From Antedon mediterranea (taxonomy: Eukaryota > Animalia > Echinodermata), in the NCBI RefSeq assembly GCF_964355755.1, contig NC_092678.1, positions 1,752,422 through 1,816,421 of the forward strand: DNA of 64,000 nucleotides. Direction: 5' to 3'. Both the position numbers and the translations under genes were made by a program. Positions 51,701 through 62,718 of this stretch are shown here, piece after piece (the stretch's first letter is position 1; each line of letters begins with the position of its first letter). Below the pieces are notes generated by a model, which made no database searches, was not told the origin of the DNA, and saw only the letters and a program-made list of their open reading frames with translations.

Positions 51701-54700
51701 CACTAATACGCCATGACGCCGTTAACATAGCCTTACTAACTCTACTGTATTGCCTTCATTTAGCCATAACATGATGTGCAAGTAAAATTAACATACTAAC
51801 TCTACTAACACCTGTATTGCTTTGTTTAGCCTTACCATGCACAAGTAACCCTTGTCTTAATGGAGGAATATGCATGCAGGATGCTGGTTTCACGTTCTAT
51901 TCCTGCCTCTGTGAGACTGCTTATTTTGGAAGCCAATGCGAATTTTGTACGTTTATCTTTTTGTGTCTTCTATTCAACACTAAATTTAACAAATAAATTT
52001 TAAATCTGTTTAAATTCTTAGAATGTGTAAATAAACTTGAGCTCATAATGGAATCAAATTGTCATTTTTCTTTCAGTTGTGTCTAAACACTTTTAATTAA
52101 AATTTAAACTATAATTGATATTTTAATTAATAGACAAAATTGATAAAAACAAAAAAAAATATATTTCCTTTATTGCCCTTTACATGACGAATTCATTTTA
52201 TAACAATTTTTATATTATTATGAAAAATCTTTAATAAAAATTAATTGTAGAAAATAGTAAATTGTCTTTTGAAATTATTTTCTTTCATTACAATAATACA
52301 ATTTTTTTATTAGACATTTTGGATCAAAAGTTTCCAGTTTTAGGAAAGTTAACATAATAATTTTTCTTTGTGCTATCGCATTAACGGCTCAACGCTAACA
52401 ACAAAACGCTTTTCTATTTCTCCTTTTAGCCGATCCTTGCTCTAGCACGCCGTGTCAGAATAATGGAGTTTGTGTAAAAACAATCACCGAAACTATCTTC
52501 ACTTGCATATGCCCTGGTAGTTACTTTGGGGACATGTGCGAATATTGTAGGTTTTTAAGATCTAGTGGCTGTATTTTTTTTCTTCTTTTACTTATTAATC
52601 TTTCATTTTGAATAGCATGCACTGTTTTTATTCACCTTCCATAATAATGTATGTATTGATAATTGTATGTATGGATATATGTAGATTTATTACATTGCGC
52701 TGATGAAGGTTTGCCCGAAAGCTCTGCAAATGTTTCTGGGTGTTCACTTTTACTTACTTTTTTTTTTACTTGATTTAGCTTTTTGCTTATTGTCACAAAC
52801 TCCTCTCACGTATGTTTCCGAGCGGTTAAAAATACTTTAGGAACTCCCTTGTGACATAAAAGTATACACACAAAATCCACAAAGTTGTAAAATAACTCAA
52901 AACAAAGCTTTAATTTCAATCAACTTCAACTTTTAACAATCCAGTAAGCACTTTAAACAACAGCTTCACAATGACTTTACAATATAACATCCAACCTCTA
53001 ATCCAACTTCTTCAAAATAAATGCTTCAATCAAAAATCCTTCTCCCTCTTACAATTGTCATACTTCCCCTTATATACAATATGTTCATAACCTTCTAGAT
53101 CATTCCTTATACTTCTCATTATTACATGATTACAGTTTCTATTATAGCACTTCTGGAATGTTCCTGATTGATCTTATTAATTATACATGGTTTCTTAAAT
53201 CAAAAAATCTTATTCTAGAATGTTCATGTAAATACTATGTTACTCTATATGTTAGCTGGGAATGGTAATTTATTACACTTATTTTATTTTGTATCTCCAT
53301 AAAGATCCAGCCACTGATACCAACAGCATTGTAATTTTTTTTTCTCCGTAATTTGCCTTTGGATTTACATTTATATATGTTGGTTATATCTTGTATCGTT
53401 TCATTTACAATTATTTAATTTAATTGATTTCAAGGAGTCAACTGAAATATTACAACACATAATCTTGTTAACGTTCGTTTTTAAATCAATCTAATTTAAA
53501 TTTTTTAGTTTTAATTTATATTGGATATCATTGTTTTGTTTATTACTGTACCTTATATGTATGTTATTGTTTTTTAATTTCTTTTATATGGTTTACCAAG
53601 CTTTCGATTTTTTATTCATATTACTTTATGTTTACTTAAAATAATAGAGTTGGTTAGTATAAAAAAAATAAACGCATTCTGCATTGCCTGGAATGTATTA
53701 AAAAAATGTATAAAAGATTATTTCTTTATGAAGGTCATAACATATGTAATAAAACCTGACAAGATTTGGAATACCATCCAAGTGGATTTTCAGCTACTTT
53801 AGATAAAAAGTTGTAATAGTTAGTAGGCCACTCACAACCACACCACTTGTAGTAGTTAGTAGGCCTGTCACAACCACACCACTTGTAGTAGTTAGTAGGC
53901 CTGTCACAACCACACCACTTGTAGTAGTTAGTAGGCCTGTCACAACCACACCACTTGTAGTAGTTAGTAGGCCTGTCACAACCACACCACTTGTAGTAGT
54001 TAGTAGGCCTGTCACAACCACACCACTTGTAGTAGTTAGTAGGCCTGTCACAACCACACCACTTTATGTAAATGTTTATAGAATAAGTGTGTTATACCTT
54101 TCTAAAGCTCTGTCTACACTATCATCAAACTTTATGTGACAAAATAATGTGATGCGCCCATATATGGACATGATGATGGCATATCGCTACCATATTTGGC
54201 CATATCACTACCCTATTTGTGCACATCACACTTTTTTTGGTGAAATTAGCTTGATTCTGTAGACAGAGCTTTATTAGTAGTATATGGTATGCTGTAATAA
54301 CTATATCTTATTAACTTTATCACAGGGAATCCATGTTTTAATGTTGATTGTCAGAATGGTGGTACTTGCAGTATTTCTTCGGTTGATTCCAGTGCATATA
54401 TCTGTACATGTACAGATAATTATGCTGGCGACCACTGTGAACAAAGTAAAGTATTGTTTATTTCTTACGAATACACCAAGACTTATTTCTAGTGTGTTCG
54501 GCAGCTTACATCTTCAGACAATCCTTTACTTATGAGCTATGTTGCACACAGGCACAATGGTCTCATTTGATCCTTTACTTATGAGCTATGTTGCACACAG
54601 GCACAATGGTCTCATTTGATCCTTTACTTATGAGCTATGTTGCACACAGGCACAATGGTCTCATTTGATCCTTTACTTATGAGCTATGTTGCACACAGGC

Positions 54701-57700
54701 ACAATGGTCTCATTTGATCCTTTACTTATGAGCTATGTTGCACACAGGCACAATGGTCTCATTTGATCCTTTACTTATGAGCTATGTTGCACACAGGCAC
54801 AATGGTCTCATTTGATCCTTTACTTATGAGCTATGTTGCACACAGGCACAATGGTCTCATTTGATCCTTTACTTATGAGCTATGTTGCACACAGGCACAA
54901 TGGTCTCATCCGAAAAGTTCTAGTAGTTTATAATGTATATGTATTTACGTCTCAAAACGTGGTGTTGTGTTTAGCTCTGTCTACACTATCAAACTAGTTT
55001 GACAAAAAAAATGTGATGTGCCCTAATATGGTAGTGATATGACATTATCATGTCCATAATATAGGCTCGTCACATTTTGTTGTCACATCAAGTTTGATAG
55101 TGTAGACGGAGCACATACAACAACTTTCATACCCACAAAGGATACCTTTGTGTCAAGCTGCCACCAAATGGCACTGGTTCTTCTATCATTTTGTTCTTTC
55201 AAGTGTTTTCTCTGCCACTGTACCAGGATTTTCTCATTGCCATCAAGGTACTGAATGGAAGTTTTGTAAAGTAATAAATCATACAGAAAATTGAATGGTG
55301 CTGTCTTCTGTGTCAATGCTCGATGGTGACACTTCCCAAAAATCACTGGTCTAATTTTGTTGGGCGACATCAATAAATAAAAAGCATCAATTAATTTATG
55401 AATAGGTTTTAATAAAAAAATTTTTTTTTATGCAGTTAATTATTGTAATGTAATTTCCGTCCCATGTGAAAATGGTGGTACATGCGTACTCACAGATTCT
55501 TATTACGAATGCAACTGCCCAGCTGAGTATACAGGAAATAGTTGTCAGCAACGTATGTATTTACTTTTTTTTTCTTCAAAATCTTAAGTATGATAATATC
55601 AAATTGTTAATGAACATCTAACAAATATACAAAGCAAATATCAGCATTTTGTCAAGTAATAATGTTAATATATATATATCGGTTGTTTTTCAGTTATTGC
55701 ACCATGCAGTGTTGAAAATCCTTGCCAGAATTCTGGTACATGCACCGATTCGTTGGACTCTGACACCGGAGTGTACTTTGCAACCTGTTCCTGTACAGAA
55801 TTATATGAAGGAACCAACTGTGAAATTGGTAAAATTAGTTTCTATTTTAAGTCGACCAATACAATTTCTTGATGTTTATAATTTGAAAGATAGGATGTGG
55901 TGATTTTTTTATATATTTATTCCATATTTTGTGTATGCTTTACAGAAATCACTCCATGTTCACCAAATCCTTGTCAAAACATGGGAACTTGTACTGCTTC
56001 CGGAACTACGTACACTTGTTCTTGTACGTCAGCATATACTGGAACAAATTGTGAAACTGGTAGGAGAACAGAACCTTTCTCAAATTTTCATGTATTTCTT
56101 CTATAAACTTGTATAACATGTTCATTTGACTTGAACAATTGTTTTGTTGTACTTGTTTCATATACTCAACCTTACTGTTGTGATCAGTGGGAGGATCACT
56201 GCAAGAAGTTTGCGAGTGACCAGTCAATGTTAAAATCATATTCATCTAACATTTAACTCATTCTTATGTTTTATTCAGTTTAATTAGTTTTGTTGTAAAG
56301 TGCTGTTTAATGTCCATGCAGAAGAATATATGAATGTTTTTATTTTCCATTCTTCCCTTCAATCTGACTAAAAGTAGTACAGAAATCGTCAAGTTTTGCT
56401 TTTGGTCGCAATTGGTCGCAAATTAAAATGGGACCACATTTAATATAAGATGTTAATAGTTTTAAATATCTAAGCTAGACGGCATTAGACAATTTTTGGC
56501 TTATGTCCCAAAATGCTGATTTAAAAGACGTTAAATTTCGTAAATGTCATTATAAACATGTGTTTAAATGGGAACACATGTGTAACATGTGCAAAACAGT
56601 CTCAAATCTTCATGTTCGTCGAGATTGATGTATGCGTCATTTTCATCTTGTCAAAATGGAACTTGTAACTGATAGTGTAAAATAATAATATATGTAATAT
56701 GCAGTTTCAAATATATTTACCAAGTTATGATTGCGAATTATTAAATTTAAAAAATATGATTTTTTACATATTACATGTGTTTTCCAGCAATTCCATGTTC
56801 CTCTAATCCTTGTCTGAACGGAGGAACTTGTACTGCTTCCGGATCTACATACTCGTGTTCTTGTACGTCAGCATACACTGGGACAATGTGCCAAACCGGT
56901 AGGAGCAACAATGCTTTCGTAGAACTTGCTCAAAAATTTGCCTTCTCAAAAATCTTCTTGCATGACTCATTTTATGTTTCTTTTAATTTAATAGTTTTGT
57001 ATTGTTGTATTTGTTTCATAATTAATGTAATTAATGTAATTAATGTAATTAATGTAATTAATGTATTGATATAAACTAAAAAAGGAATACTTTCTAAATC
57101 ATATACATTGCAGATACCTTCTCTTCTTTCATTTTCTATTCATGTTAACTCATTTTATTTTTCATTCATGTTAACTCATTTTATGTTTCATTCATCTTTA
57201 ATTTGAAATAGTTATTTTGTACTTGTTTTATATACAAAGTGATTGATACTCAAGCAAACAAAAAATTGCAGATAAATTTCTTCCTTTTTTTCATTTTCTA
57301 TTCATGCGAACTCATTTATGTTTTATTGTTTCATTCATTTTAATAATACCGTAGTTGTGTTATATTTCTTTCATATTCATTTCATTAAAAACTTGTTTAA
57401 ATACCACGTTTCTTCTTTCACATTCTATCCTTCTCTTCGCTTCACCATTACTTCATCTAGAGGTCGATATATGCGCCATTTCACCGTGTCAAAATGGAGG
57501 TAATTGCATACCAAATGGGGGTCAGCGTACATGCGTCTGTAATAATGGTTATTCAGGAACTGACTGTGAAATAGAACGTACGTTTTACTACACCCTCTAA
57601 TATTTTACTGTACTACTTCAGCACTATATTTGAGTGAGAAATCAGTGCTTTCATTTTTGTAAAAGTCTTAAGCTCTGTCTACACTATCAAACTAGTTTTA

Positions 57701-60700
57701 CAAAAAAGGTGTGATGTGCCCAAATATGGTAGTGATAATATGATGTTATGGTGTCCATATATGGGCACATCACATTTTTTAGAGTTTAAAACATTATTTC
57801 ATTCAACATTAATATTATATTTAAATTTAATTTTAAAAATTAATTGTGTGTTCTTTTACTTTGTGTTCTTAGTCCTTAAATTGTAATAAATATCATATTT
57901 TTTTATTTTTAGCGGTTAATCCATGTTCGCCAAATCCCTGTATAAACGGAGGAACTTGTACGTCATCTGGATCTGCATACTCATGTTCCTGTACGTCGGG
58001 ATACACTGGGCAAACTTGTTCAACCGGTAGGAGTACACAATTTTTCTCGCTTGTAGAAAATTTGTTTGAGCATTTCACCTATATGTTCATGTTTCCTTCA
58101 CTTCATTTAATTCATTCTGTACTTTTTTCATATTCATGATAGCATTGTTTATACTGTATAGATAAAACAAGCAAAATACAAAAAGAAAGTACAAATAATG
58201 CTTAGAATCTATGTTCAGTTTGAGCCCAGATTTGGTTCAATGGCCTAAAAAGAAGCAAATTATGTTACTATTTTCATAGTTTTTTATCTGGACACCGGAC
58301 TGGGATCCGGGCTCAATGTGAACGCAGCTTTATTGAATCTTATTTTATTTATTTTTAAATATGCTTGTTGTGTTTAAATTTAACTGTACTGTATTTTAGT
58401 ACCATTTTATTGGTAAAACTTGATGAGCCTTCTCTTGTGTTCTTGCCAAAGATGAATATTGCAAAGATATTGCATACTTGCATATCTCAAGACATAAAGC
58501 CGAGCTTATGTCAAAAGCGACTCAACTCAAAGATTTTAGTTCCAGACAAAGCAACTGACCTGTACTTATTTTGAAGCTCAGAGCGCTTGTCAACAAGTTG
58601 GACACCTAAGCACACTGTTAGATACAGCTGTTGACATGCCTTCTTTCAAAATGGAGAAATGTTGACATAATATGTCTATGCCTACTCTTTTAACTACCTA
58701 ATATTATATGGGACAACTTGGTATCTCACCTAGTCTCACCTAATTCGTAAGCAATGCAGAGGGCCTTCTAAAAAGTACTTCTCTTGATGTACAATGTCTG
58801 CGCCCATGTTAGTTTGCTACTTTTGCAGTATGACATCTTTGGTTCTTGTATACGTAACGTTAACTTTACAGTGTAACCTTTAACCTTTACAATGTAACTT
58901 TTAACCTTTACAATGTAACTTTTAACCTTTACAATGTAACCTTTAACCTTTACATGTAACCTTTAACCTTTAAATGTAACCTTTAGAATGTAACCTTTAA
59001 CCTTTAGAATGTAACCTTTAACCTTTAGAATATAACCTTTAACCTTAATTTTGTTTTCTTACATTTTTTTGCTTCATCTAAATTCTTCTAGTTGATGCTT
59101 GTAGTCAAAATCCATGTTTAAATAGCGGAGTGTGCAATCAAAATGGCAATTCTTATACATGCAGTTGTACATATCTCTACACAGGCAGTACCTGCCAGTC
59201 TCGTAAGCAATTTAACAACACAACTGTATTAATATAGTTTTGTGATGACCTATGCATTGTATCGTTTGTCGCATACTGAAAAGCATGTAATGTCACTGCA
59301 TACACACAATTAACATAATGACATTATTAGTTCCCAGGTCGTAGGTCATCTCTGATTGAAAGCTCTCTATTGGGATCAATGGAGAACATACGTCATCCGG
59401 GTTTTGATTGGTCAGTTTAAAAATGGCATGTCCTTTCCCCAGCAGTCATATTATACAAAAATACAATAAGCACTGTCTCAATCTACATGTTTGTTGGCTT
59501 AGTAAGCCGACTATTTGGCGATTGCCATAATGTTTGAAAGTTGTTTTAAAATTATAATAAATCATGATTATTTGCCCATTTTTAGCCTCCAATTGCAACC
59601 CAAACCCTTGCGAGAATGGTGGAAGTTGTACGTTACAATCTGGTGGTTTGAGTTCCTGCACATGTGTAAATAATTATAACGGAAACCTTTGCCAAAACGG
59701 TATGTATCAATCGGACCTATTAATAGCAGTTTTTATATACTATTTGTAGAAATGGTGAATGTTAACTGTACAATTTGACAATGTTGTTTACGTTTTTATC
59801 GTAGCACCCGCATCATCCTGTAATAGTTCACCCTGCCAGAACGATGGAACATGCTATCATAACGCAGCAGAAAATAAGTTTGTGTGTACATGTGTGGAAG
59901 GATTTGTAGGAGATACTTGTGGAACAGGTATGGTTTTAAAAAATAAGGTCAGAGGTCAGATGAACCCCCTTTTTCATTCCTTGGGTACAAGAGTAAGATT
60001 GTTCCATGCTGAATCATTTTTTTAAATACATATTTTTATATTTTTCTATAAATTTAAAATAGCTTTTTGGAATGATTTCATAAAATACATTTTGATCAAT
60101 CGGTGATGACGTCACATAAATCCATAAATATAATTATTAATGATATGTTTTACTATGTTACGTATTGTATGTAATTTATTCCATTTTTTATTGGTTTTTT
60201 GGCTAGGAGCTTCTTCACCCGCTCTGATTCAAATATCTAAATTGTGAATTTGCTAAAATACATTCAATTTTTACAGCATATAATCCTTGTGATAGTAACC
60301 CTTGTATGAATGGAGGTACATGTACCCAACAAGAATCTACCTATGATTGTGCATGTGCGGCTGGATACAGTGGAACACAATGTGGTACAGCATCTTGTAA
60401 GTATATTTGTTAGTCGTTAGTCAGGAATTATTTACCTAGTTTATGAGTGCTATGGTAAAAATAATTTCATATGATGAAAGATGCAAGGTTATATTAAAGA
60501 ACAATTCATCTTTCACCTCATGAAATTATTTGCCCCATGGCACGAATATAACTCTTGCTGATTTGCCAGGTCCAGGCCTAAACACTCAAGAACATGGAGT
60601 AAACACACTACAATAAAATATATGATGTGTAATATTGGATGTCATGTGACACCTCCACACATCAATTAACTACTCCAATGGATCCCTACAGGTGATGCAA

Positions 60701-61342
60701 GCTGAATTTTGTTATAGGGGTGTTTATTCTGGTTTTACAATAAGCATTTTGGTACTGTGCCACAAGGCTAGGCTGTTAGAACATTTATAATTGTTCATCT
60801 TTGCATCCAAAATTGGAACACTGCCTTTCAAATGGTTTAGGCCTTGACCTAGCCTCTTGTTTTAGTGGTGAATTATTATTGAATAAAAGTAGGTTTATTA
60901 ATAACAATATTATTATTATTAATAAATGCTTGATATTCTTACAATTGAACGATCAATTTGGCAAAATATTCAATTTTTTTACCTCATGAAGTTATTTGTA
61001 CTATTGCACTAATAAACATTCATTATTTGTATAATATAATATGAATATGTCATTCATTATTTAATGTGCACAATATATGTACAATTACGAATCTTTGGTT
61101 ATTATATCTATGTATTATTTAAAATTATGAATATTGCTGTTTTGAAAGACATTTATTCACAAAGTGCATGGTGCATTATAGTATGATTTTAAATTTTCTT
61201 TTTTTTTTGTCAGCAACCACTGGGTGTACTGACGATTATTGTAAAAATGGGGGTACTTGTTCTTTTGATGGCTCTGAAAGAACTTGTGCATGCTCACCGG
61301 GGTACAGTGGAGCCACTTGTGATACTGGAACTTACCAAGCAC
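32588..61342 (+). CDS. Secreted Reeler-domain, multi-EGF-repeat protein (fibropellin/Notch-like EGFs); 3' end beyond window
   Basis: Exons: 32588-32813, 33155-33413, 33636-33703 (signal peptide + Reeler), then 34138-34269, 36483-36839 (3 EGF), 37536-37667, 38329-38454, 39505-39618, 39731-39844, 40217-40327, 40853-40966, 41398-41472, 42105-42182, 43153-43230, [43641-43699 + 46244-46295, split by LINE], 46706-46852, 48405-48527, 48654-48764, 49241-49357, 49538-49654, 50000-50116, 50781-50897, 51830-51946, 52430-52546, 54326-54445, 55436-55552, 55694-55828, 55946-56059, 56788-56898, 57461-57577, 57913-58026, 59092-59202, 59586-59699, 59805-59927, 60277-60396, 61214-61342. All from exon 4 on are phase 1-1 with AG/GT ends. 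No terminal exon found. Confidence 0.88.
34961..35370. repeat. Diverged triplication of an approximately 130-160 bp intronic unit
   Basis: AACACGATCGTATTTCAATTT..ATCTTTT recurs from about 34961, 35093 and 35256. Confidence 0.75.
41630..41902. repeat. 22-bp minisatellite (AAGGGGGAATGTTAACTTAGTT)
   Basis: About 11 perfect units with degenerate precursors upstream. Confidence 0.95.
42439..42834. repeat. 16-bp minisatellite (TTTTTCTATCCATACC)
   Basis: About 24 perfect units. Confidence 0.96.
43700..46243 (-). mobile_element. 5'-truncated non-LTR retrotransposon (Rex1/Babar-like, CR1/L2 group) inserted into an EGF exon
   Basis: 3' tail AATAAA followed by (TATCTG)5 at 43699-43737, about 250-bp 3' UTR, then an open ORF. 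Flanks rejoin into a 111-nt EGF exon. Confidence 0.95.
43997..46243 (-). CDS. LINE ORF2 fragment: C-terminal part of APE endonuclease plus reverse transcriptase
   Basis: Stop-free frame. APE motifs GDFN, TLDVCY, SDH. RT motifs [49 protein letters not shown]. Confidence 0.95.
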   Translation of the reverse strand, partial: VIETASPDAYIVINGDFNHCTLKKSSVYYYQHVKCSTRESVTLDVCYSNVKHAYLARKLPKLGKSDHNLIILQPKYRPLVQRQKPRVITVKKWTQDAIEQLKCEFETTDWSVFTENSNGSDEVTEAVSAYINFCTKNVIPKRKVKIYGNRKPWINREVTDVIKKKRQAFDRGDVNELNKIQKELKRVIRKSKLKYKREIEEHFVGNDMSKVWRGMRQMSGYAKSPQGSGIVSNLTKQYANEINTFFNRFDRYNFSDEQILIKSRLALPDESGFDLKTNADEVTSHFKGLKASKSAGPDQILPKVLKLCATQLADIFVYIFNLIFETQTLPESWKTSCIIPIPKRQNIQCYNDLRPVALTSVPMKVCEKIVLKSLKPLVADFLDPHQFAYRRNRNTEDALIYKNEKMYAHLDNWRTSPSVRIMYFDFSSAFNTIQPHILINKLFGMNIPNLLISFVFNFLVGRLQFVRLNQNVRSDIIRTNTGAPQGTVLAPFLFTLYTSDFQPRFPDCPVIKFADDSAMIGLIKEDDDTNFKSEIVRFTKYCDENFLELNVAKTKEMRIDFRRKKRREIEPVQIKGHEVEIVKTYKYLGVTYDNNLSWGEHVDQLIKKLNTRLYCLRKMNVFRVREEILTMFYSSVIFSIWDYCLLGWGGNINKGDKGRICKVLERALRVIGSSALTADSVYDCHYGERLKNGLQAVMEEESHPLHSDLLRCHIGRSGRLRPVLARTGRYSNSFLPAGIKKFNDDFKR
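46370..46610. repeat. Degenerate 18-bp repeat (TCATTGTCATTGGTGACC)
   Basis: Tandem and scattered units just downstream of the split exon. Confidence 0.7.
48067..48328. repeat. 21-bp minisatellite (CTAGGTATTTCCAGGAAACGT) x12, nested inside a family B MITE (about 48011-48358)
   Basis: Units visible directly; flanks tacagtacaaccactattaag..ggacccaaca and ctctgaatatg..ttctactgta resemble 6843-6923. Confidence 0.92.
52692..52733 (+). ncRNA. Minimal type I hammerhead ribozyme motif (Penelope-like element type)
   Basis: Stem I ACAUUGCG / UGCAAAUGU (one bulge), core CUGAUGA (52700-52706), stem II GG-UUUG-CC, GAAA (52717-52720), palindromic AGCU in place of stem III, predicted cleavage after C52724. 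Confidence 0.65.
52791..53277 (-). mobile_element. Solo LTR (487 bp)
   Basis: TG..CA termini (tgtcacaa ... ttattaca), perfect 5-bp TSD CTTAT (52786-52790, 53278-53282), TATATAA box near 53070-53076 and ATTAAA near 52909-52914 on the minus strand. Confidence 0.85.
53818..54064. repeat. 36-bp minisatellite, about 7 units
   Basis: AGTTAGTAGGCCTGTCACAACCACACCACTTGTAGT. Confidence 0.95.
54105..54271. mobile_element. MITE family A copy
   Basis: AAGCTCTGTCTACAC ... GTAGACAGAGCTT termini, flanked by TA on both sides. Confidence 0.85.
54521..54909. repeat. 49-bp minisatellite x8
   Basis: ATCCTTTACTTATGAGCTATGTTGCACACAGGCACAATGGTCTCATTTG, identical units. Confidence 0.96.
54973..55112. mobile_element. 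MITE family A copy
   Basis: agctctgtctacactatcaaact ... agtttgatagtgtagacggagc. Confidence 0.85.
56621..56672 (+). pseudogene. Decayed EGF pseudo-exon
   Basis: gagattgatgtatgcgtcattttcatcttgtcaaaatgga resembles the start of exon 57461-57577 but has a 1-nt frameshift and a stop. Confidence 0.6.
57670..57786. mobile_element. MITE family A copy (truncated)
   Basis: Left TIR and internal core match the other copies. Confidence 0.8.
58213..58323. mobile_element. MITE-like inverted-repeat element
   Basis: gttcagtttgagcccagat ... atccgggctcaatgtgaac. Confidence 0.55.
58858..59046. repeat. About 21-bp minisatellite (TAACCTTTACAATGTAACCTT)
   Basis: Tandem units with internal 7-bp periodicity. Confidence 0.9.
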
Positions 61343-62038
61343 GTATGTATTGGGCGGGATGGTTACGTTTGCAAAAGTTTCTCGATTACAAAATCATTCA
61401 GTCCTTCAACTTATTCTTTATTTACTTGTATTTTATATTCACCCCAATATAATTATCGAGTGAAAACCTTTTCATGATATTTCTCTTAAACATTTCTTTC
61501 ACTGGAGTGGCCGAGTGGGCAAGGCAGAGCGCCACAATCCTGTTGTGGTGGAACCAGAATTTTAAAAGGTGGTGGGGGTCGGGGACCCAGGATGCAATGC
61601 ACCCAGGATGTGTAATTGTAATATTAAGTTTATCTATCTTCCTATTTGTATGGTACTGTTCAAAATTTAGGGAGGGAGCTTGGAACTGCCTATGGCCAGC
61701 ACAGCCTTTCCTCTTTACGATCTTTAGTTCATAAGGCTCTGTAAATGTTAATCTATGGCCACAGAACAAAAGATTTGTATAAACATTAGATAAAAGTATT
61801 ACTGTATATATTTTAAAATGTGATTTTTTTTTTTGCAGCAAACGGTTCTTCAAGAAATTGTCTGCCCGGTATCTTGTTTATGTTAACTGTTATACTCTCT
61901 GCTTTACGGATTCTGTAAAAAATTACAATCTGTGTAAAACTTACTATATTGTATTTTTTGTATTATTTATATTCATTTTTTTTATTGGTTCGTACCTTAT
62001 GGTTACATAATGTTACAGTAAAAAAACAATGTAATTCA

Positions 62039-62108
62039 AGTTCACATTTACTCAATAATAGTTCACATTTACTCAATAATAGTTCACATTTACTCAATAA
62101 TAGTTCAC
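62039..62108. repeat. 21-bp tandem repeat x3
   Basis: AGTTCACATTTACTCAATAAT. Confidence 0.9.
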
Positions 62109-62577
62109 CTCTATTCTTACTATAGAATGTAGACGACTTAGTCAATTTTGGCACACGTGGCGTTTCATACCTATACTCGAGCTTTGAAAAAAATAATGGT
62201 ATTGCACAAAACAATAAAAAGTAAAAGTAATAATTAAACCTAAGTTTAATAGTAATTAATAACAATAACGATAAAATTAAACGTGATGATTGACAATCAA
62301 AAAAATGTCATATAACAAAATTATGAGTGTTTTTATAACACTTCTGAACTATTGATTTTCGTGGTAGTGTTATTCTTAACTTTCTATGTCGTCTAAGACC
62401 AACCAACCATTAAGGAAATATAGGCTTTCAAAGCGGTAAATGGCTGCAATTTTTAATTTTAATACATATCAAGCAGAAGGTTCTGGGTCCGAATCTTGGT
62501 TGGAGCAGCTTTTTCTCATTCTGATAAATTTCCTCTTCTTTACCGTTTATAAATACATTTTTTAATCTCCAGTATAT

Positions 62578-62718
62578 CACCTGATGGTGTAGACTGTAGA
62601 GTATGTCTATGCCACCTGATGGTGTAGGCTGTAGAGTATGTCGATGCCACCTGATGGTGTAGGCTGTAGAGTATGTCTATGCCACCTGATGGTGTAGGCT
62701 GTAGAGTATGTCTATGCC
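62578..62718. repeat. 35-bp tandem repeat x4
   Basis: CACCTGATGGTGTAGGCTGTAGAGTATGTCTATGC. Confidence 0.92.

Noticed and set aside
53794-54064. 36-bp repeat open on both strands; plus strand reads ([12 protein letters not shown])n like a mucin exon
   Set aside because: The good acceptors (53793, 53802) hit a stop in phase 1, and there is no convincing phase-1 donor.
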